This document shows, one piece after another, positions 59,117 to 64,000 of a stretch of 64,000 bases of DNA (its first letter is position 1; every line of letters begins with the position of its first letter). The stretch spans positions 18,406 through 82,405 of the forward strand of contig JAIXSO010000026.1 in assembly GCA_027484685.1 (NCBI GenBank), in the 5' to 3' direction. The translations under genes were made by a program, and so were the position numbers. The notes under the pieces were generated by a model. The model was given only the letters and a program-made list of their open reading frames with translations. It ran no database searches and was not told the DNA's origin. This stretch comes from Bacteroidota bacterium (GTDB lineage: Bacteria; Bacteroidota; Bacteroidia; UKL13-3).

Positions 59117-59560
59117 ATGGCTAAAGAATTAACAGGATTTGTAAAATTGCAGGTAAAAGGCGGTAGCGCTAACCCTGCACCACCAATTGGACCAGCTTTA
59201 GGTTCGAAAGGTATAAATATCATGGAGTTTTGCAAGCAATTTAATGCTCGTACCCAAGATAAAGCTGGTAAAATATTACCAGTAGTAATTTCAGTATACA
59301 GTGACAAGTCATTCGACTTCATTATTAAAACACCACCAGTAGCCTCTCAACTGCTGGAAGCTGCAAAAATCAAGGCTGGTTCAGCTGAATCTAACCGTAA
59401 GAAAGTTGGTTCAGTAACTTGGGACCAAGTTCGCGATATTGCAACTGATAAAATGCAAGATATGAACTGCTTTAAAGTAGAATCAGCCATGAAAATGGTA
59501 GCAGGTTCAGCTCGCTCTATGGGTATTACTGTTACGGGTGATAGTCCATTTCAAAATTAA
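59117..59560 (+). CDS. rplK: 50S ribosomal protein L11
   Basis: 147 aa with full-length L11 similarity ('PPIGPALG'). Confidence 0.95.
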   Translation: MAKELTGFVKLQVKGGSANPAPPIGPALGSKGINIMEFCKQFNARTQDKAGKILPVVISVYSDKSFDFIIKTPPVASQLLEAAKIKAGSAESNRKKVGSVTWDQVRDIATDKMQDMNCFKVESAMKMVAGSARSMGITVTGDSPFQN

Positions 59561-59578
59561 TTTTTAGATTGTAAAACA

Positions 59579-60277
59579 ATGGCAAGGATCAGCAAAAAAA
59601 GAAAAGAAGTACTCAAGAAAATTGAGGCAAACAAAAACTACACTTTGTCTGATGCATCTAAATTGGTGAAAGAAATTTCTTACACTAAGTTTGATTCATC
59701 GGTTGATATTGATGTACGCTTGGGAGTTGACCCTAAAAAAGCCAATCAAATGGTTCGTGGTGTGGTAAGTTTACCACATGGTACCGGTAAAGATGTTCGT
59801 GTTTTAGCATTAGTTACTCCTGATAAGGAAGCTGAAGCTCGCGAAGCTGGTGCAGACCATGTAGGTTTGGATGAATTTATCCAAAAGATTGAGCAAGGAT
59901 GGGTTGACATTGATATCATTGTAACAATGCCTGCGGTAATGGCTAAATTAGGTAAATTAGGTAAAATTTTAGGACCTCGTAACTTAATGCCAAACCCTAA
60001 ATCAGGAACAGTTACTATGGAAATTGGTAAAACTGTAAGAGAAGTAAAAGCTGGTAAAATTGATTTTAAAGTAGATAAAGAAGGAGCAATCCATACATCT
60101 ATTGGTAAAACCTCAATGGAACCGCAAAAACTATTCGAAAATGCAGTTGAATTAATTCAAACTATTAATAAACTAAAACCATCAGCAGCAAAAGGTACAT
60201 ACTTAAAAGGCGTAAGCTTAAGTAGTACAATGAGCCCTGGTATTTCAGTAGATACAAAATCAATTCCTGGCATTTAA
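59579..60277 (+). CDS. rplA: 50S ribosomal protein L1
   Basis: 232 aa with full-length L1 similarity. Confidence 0.95.
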   Translation: MARISKKRKEVLKKIEANKNYTLSDASKLVKEISYTKFDSSVDIDVRLGVDPKKANQMVRGVVSLPHGTGKDVRVLALVTPDKEAEAREAGADHVGLDEFIQKIEQGWVDIDIIVTMPAVMAKLGKLGKILGPRNLMPNPKSGTVTMEIGKTVREVKAGKIDFKVDKEGAIHTSIGKTSMEPQKLFENAVELIQTINKLKPSAAKGTYLKGVSLSSTMSPGISVDTKSIPGI

Positions 60278-60297
60278 AATTTAATAAAACAACAGTT

Positions 60298-60822
60298 ATG
60301 ACAAAACACGAAAAAAATGAAGTGATAGATAACTTGGCTGGTTTATTTAACGAGTACAAGAATGTTTATGTAACTAATGTAGCCAGTTTAAATGCAAAAC
60401 AAACTAGCTTACTACGTGGAGAGCTTTTCAAAGCAGGTATTACCATGCAAATGGCAAAAAATACTTTAATTGAAAAAGCTATGGAACGTAGTGGAAGAGA
60501 TTTTGGTAATTTAGGTGAAACTTTAGTAGGAAATACAGCATTAATGTTCTGTCACGATATGAAAGAACCTGCAAAGGCTATCAAATCGTTCCGTAAAAAG
60601 ACAGAAATACCTTACTTAAAAGGTGCTGCTATTGATGCTGATATATTTATTGGCGATAACCAATTAGATACTTTAATGGCTCTTAAAACTAAAAATGAGC
60701 TTATTGGAGAAATCATTGGAATGTTACAAAGCCCAGCTCAAAATGTTATTAGTGCATTACAAGCTTCAGGTGGAGGTAAAATTGCAGGCTTAGTAAAAAC
60801 GTTATCTGAGCGTCCTGAATAA
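60298..60822 (+). CDS. rplJ: 50S ribosomal protein L10
   Basis: 174 aa with L10 similarity. Confidence 0.92.
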   Translation: MTKHEKNEVIDNLAGLFNEYKNVYVTNVASLNAKQTSLLRGELFKAGITMQMAKNTLIEKAMERSGRDFGNLGETLVGNTALMFCHDMKEPAKAIKSFRKKTEIPYLKGAAIDADIFIGDNQLDTLMALKTKNELIGEIIGMLQSPAQNVISALQASGGGKIAGLVKTLSERPE

Positions 60823-60875
60823 TTCAGATAAAACAAATTCATTAATTTAAAAAAACAAAAATAAAAAATACAATC

Positions 60876-61247
60876 ATGGCAGATTTAAAAGCGTTCGCAG
60901 AACAATTAGTTAACCTTACAGTAAAAGACGTTAACGAATTAGCAAAAATTTTAAAAGACGAGTACGGCATTGAGCCTGCTGCTGCAGCTGTTGCTGTTGC
61001 TGCTGCTCCTGCTGCTGCTGAAGCAGCTGCTGAACAAACATCTTTCAACGTTATATTGAAAAGTGCTGGTGCAGCTAAATTAAACGTAGTTAAAGTTGTT
61101 AAAGACTTAACTGGTTTAGGTTTAAAAGAAGCTAAAGAATTAGTTGATGGTGCACCTAAAGCAATTAAAGAAGGTGTAGACAAAACTGAAGCTGAAAGCT
61201 TAAAAGCTAAGCTTGAAGAAGCTGGTGCTGAAGTTGAAGTAAAATAA
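60876..61247 (+). CDS. rplL: 50S ribosomal protein L7/L12
   Basis: 123 aa. Alanine-rich hinge and C-terminal '[23 protein letters not shown]'. Confidence 0.95.
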   Translation: MADLKAFAEQLVNLTVKDVNELAKILKDEYGIEPAAAAVAVAAAPAAAEAAAEQTSFNVILKSAGAAKLNVVKVVKDLTGLGLKEAKELVDGAPKAIKEGVDKTEAESLKAKLEEAGAEVEVK

Positions 61248-61267
61248 TTGCTTATAGCAAAATAAGC

Positions 61268-61300
61268 AGGCTTGACCCCGGCAATTTGCCGCGGGTCAAT
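61268..61300 (+). terminator. Hairpin (partial terminator/attenuator) between rplL and rpoB
   Basis: 'ttgaccccggcaa'/'ttgccgcgggtcaa' imperfect stem. Weak downstream U-tract, consistent with the known rplL-rpoB attenuator. Confidence 0.5.
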
Positions 61301-61433
61301 TCTGCATTATAAAAAAGCTACTTTTTTAGTTTTTTTATTGTCGTGATGAACGATTTTTTTTTGGTTTTATTCAACCTTAAAATGAATAACACAGTAAATT
61401 GATAGCATTTTCAATTTAAAACCAAATATTACA

Positions 61434-64000
61434 TTGACTAACAGAACTATAACACCCGAAGGCAGAATCACTTTCGCCAAGGTAAAACCGGTTATTGATT
61501 ATCCAGATTTTTTGGATGTTCAATTAGAATCTTTTAGAGAATTTTTTCAATTAGATACTACTTCTGAAAGTAGAGCTAATGAAGGACTTTTCAAAGTGTT
61601 TCAGGAGAACTTTCCTATCAGCGATACAAGAAACATTTTTACTTTAGAATTTTTAGATTATTTTGTTGATCCTCCACGCTATTCTATTGAAGAGTGTATT
61701 GAAAGAGGACTGACTTATAGTGTTCCATTAAAAGCCAAGTTAAAACTAAGCTGTAATGATCCCGAGCACGAAGATTTCCAAACTATAGTTCAAGATGTGT
61801 ACTTAGGAACAATTCCTTACATGACTCCGAGTGGTACTTTCTGTATCAACGGTGCTGAGCGTGTTATTGTTTCTCAATTACACCGTTCTCCAGGTGTGTT
61901 CTTTGGACAATCATACCACACTAATGGAACTAAATTATACTCAGCTCGTGTTATTCCTTTTAAAGGTAGCTGGATTGAGTTTGCTACTGACGTAAATAAC
62001 GTTATGTATGCATACATTGATAGAAAAAAGAAGTTTCCAGTAACTACGTTATTACGTGCTATTGGATTCGAATCTGATAAAGATATATTAAACTTGTTTG
62101 ACTTAGCTGAAGAAATTAAGGTAAGCAAAGCAGGTTTGAAAAAGGTATTAGGTCGCAAATTAGCAGCTCGTGTTTTGAGAACGTGGGTTGAAGATTTTGT
62201 AGACGAGGATACCGGTGAGGTTGTATCAATTGAACGTAACGAAGTTATTATTGAACGCGATACTACTATTGAAGATAGCCATATTGATTTGATTTTAGAA
62301 GCTGATGTTAAAAACATCATTCTTCATAAAAATGAAAACAACCACAATGAGTTTGCTACTATTTTAAATACTTTACAAAAAGATACTTCAAATAGTGCTA
62401 AAGAGGCTCACGAACATATTTACCGTCAATTACGTAACGCAGATCCACCTGATGAAGAAACAGCTCGTGGTGTTATTGAGAAATTATTCTTCTCTGACAA
62501 GCGTTATGATTTAGGTGAAGTTGGTCGTTACCGTATCAATAGAAAATTAAACAAAAACGAATCTTTAGATAATCGTGTATTATCGAAAGACGATATTGTT
62601 TCAATCATAAAATACTTAATTGAGTTATCGAATTCACGTGCTGATGTGGATGATATTGACCATTTAAGTAATAGACGTGTTAGAACTGTAGGTGAGCAAT
62701 TATATTCACAATTTGGTGTTGGTTTGGCTCGTATGAGCAGAACTATTCGCGAGAGAATGAATATACGCGATAACGAGGTGTTTACTCCTCAAGATTTGAT
62801 CAATGCTAAAACATTATCATCTGTTATCAACTCATTCTTTGGAACTAATCAATTATCTCAGTTTATGGATCAAACCAATCCATTGGCAGAGATTACTCAC
62901 AAAAGAAGAATGTCGGCCCTAGGTCCAGGTGGTCTTTCTCGCGAAAGAGCTGGTTTTGAGGTTCGTGACGTACATTACACCCACTATGGTCGTTTGTGTA
63001 CTATTGAAACTCCAGAGGGACCAAACATTGGATTGATTTCATCATTATGTGTTCATGCTAAAATTAACAGCATGGGCTTTATTGAAACGCCATATTTAAA
63101 AGTAGAAAACGGAACTGTTGCTGTTGGAAAACCTGTTACTTATTTAAGTGCAGAGGATGAAGAAGGAATGGTTATTGCGCAATCGGATGCTAAATATAAC
63201 GAAACTACAGGTGAGTTTAACGATCCTAAAGTAAAAGCTCGTTACGAAGGCGATTTCCCGATGGTGGAACCTGAAAAACTACAATTTATGGATATTGCTC
63301 CTAATCAAATTGTATCGATTGCTGCTAGTATGATTCCTTTCTTGGAGCATAATGATGCGAATCGTGCATTGATGGGTTCAAACATGCAACGTCAAGCAGT
63401 TCCTTTATTACGTCCTGAAGCTCCAGTTGTTGGAACAGGATTAGAAGGTAAAATTGCCAGAGATAGTAGAAACTTATTATTGGCAGAAGGTACTGGTGTA
63501 GTTGAGTATGTGGATGGTAATGAAATTAGAATTCGTTATGAACAAACCGAATCTGATAAATTAGTTAGCTTTGGAACAGATACTAAAACTTATAAATTAA
63601 CTAAGTTTTTACGCACTAACCAAAATACTTGTATTAACTTAAGACCGATTGTTAAAAAAGGTCAAAAAGTTACTAAAGGTAATGTTTTATGTGAAGGTTA
63701 TGCAACACAAGGTGGCGAATTAGCAATTGGAAGAAACTTAAAAGTAGCTTTCATGCCTTGGCAAGGAAATAACTTCGAGGATGCGATTGTAATTAGCGAA
63801 CGCGTTACCAAAGAAGATATTTTTACTTCAATTCACATTACTGAATACGAATTAGAAGTTCGTGATACAAAACGTGGTGAAGAAGAGTTAACCAATGATA
63901 TTCCAAATGTAAGTGAAGATGCTACTCGCAACTTAGATGAAAATGGATTAATTAGAGTTGGTTGCGAAGTATTTGATGGTGATATTTTAATTGGTAAAAT
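61434..64000 (+). CDS. rpoB: DNA-directed RNA polymerase subunit beta (N-terminal ~855 aa; continues past window end)
   Basis: Open frame to the window edge translating '[34 protein letters not shown]...'. Probable TTG start after an in-frame TAA at 61395. The ORF track misses it because it is not ATG-initiated and not closed. Confidence 0.9.
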   Translation, partial: MTNRTITPEGRITFAKVKPVIDYPDFLDVQLESFREFFQLDTTSESRANEGLFKVFQENFPISDTRNIFTLEFLDYFVDPPRYSIEECIERGLTYSVPLKAKLKLSCNDPEHEDFQTIVQDVYLGTIPYMTPSGTFCINGAERVIVSQLHRSPGVFFGQSYHTNGTKLYSARVIPFKGSWIEFATDVNNVMYAYIDRKKKFPVTTLLRAIGFESDKDILNLFDLAEEIKVSKAGLKKVLGRKLAARVLRTWVEDFVDEDTGEVVSIERNEVIIERDTTIEDSHIDLILEADVKNIILHKNENNHNEFATILNTLQKDTSNSAKEAHEHIYRQLRNADPPDEETARGVIEKLFFSDKRYDLGEVGRYRINRKLNKNESLDNRVLSKDDIVSIIKYLIELSNSRADVDDIDHLSNRRVRTVGEQLYSQFGVGLARMSRTIRERMNIRDNEVFTPQDLINAKTLSSVINSFFGTNQLSQFMDQTNPLAEITHKRRMSALGPGGLSRERAGFEVRDVHYTHYGRLCTIETPEGPNIGLISSLCVHAKINSMGFIETPYLKVENGTVAVGKPVTYLSAEDEEGMVIAQSDAKYNETTGEFNDPKVKARYEGDFPMVEPEKLQFMDIAPNQIVSIAASMIPFLEHNDANRALMGSNMQRQAVPLLRPEAPVVGTGLEGKIARDSRNLLLAEGTGVVEYVDGNEIRIRYEQTESDKLVSFGTDTKTYKLTKFLRTNQNTCINLRPIVKKGQKVTKGNVLCEGYATQGGELAIGRNLKVAFMPWQGNNFEDAIVISERVTKEDIFTSIHITEYELEVRDTKRGEEELTNDIPNVSEDATRNLDENGLIRVGCEVFDGDILIGK

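Overview
AT-rich chromosomal segment from a Bacteroidota bacterium, most likely Flavobacteriia-like. The phylum call rests on several type-A/type-B T9SS C-terminal sorting domains, a split cox3, and a tuf/secE/nusG/rplKAJL/rpoB block with Bacteroidetes-type tRNA context. Order of content:
- (i) 1-15.4 kb: envelope glycan/lipid-remodelling locus. It holds a PagL-like deacylase, three GT2 polyprenol-phosphate sugar synthases, three GT-C (GT39/ArnT-like) membrane transferases, a DegT aminotransferase, a GNAT and a SAM methyltransferase. It also holds an unusual protein with a C-terminal GT51 peptidoglycan transglycosylase domain, and frr is embedded among these genes.
- (ii) 15.5-21 kb: secreted T9SS cargo proteins.
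- (iii) 21-30 kb: complete aa3-type cytochrome c oxidase operon (coxB-ctaD-ctaA-ctaB-cox3a-cox3b-cox4-sco1-DUF420) followed by an EamA transporter.
- (iv) 30.2-38 kb: about 7.7 kb segment bracketed by a diverged duplicate of the EamA 3' end. It contains a ~105-bp tandem-repeat array and a 2378-aa T9SS-secreted giant protein built of four [IPT + seven-bladed FG-GAP propeller] modules.
- (v) 39.5-46.6 kb: tightly packed, co-directional five-gene defence-type cassette. Genes are an MmeI-like single-chain N6-adenine MTase/RM gene broken by one in-frame stop, a 2-TM Abi-like protein, a DUF4062 protein, a HipA/HipT-like kinase and a HIRAN-domain protein. This is the best candidate here for an undescribed system.
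- (vi) 46.7-64 kb: a frameshifted T9SS cargo gene and clpB, followed by three secreted/OM proteins and an HTH protein. Then come xerD-like, hpf, the tRNA cluster, tuf-tRNA-Trp-secE-nusG-rplKAJL and partial rpoB.
No CRISPR arrays, rRNA genes, IS elements or transposases were seen.
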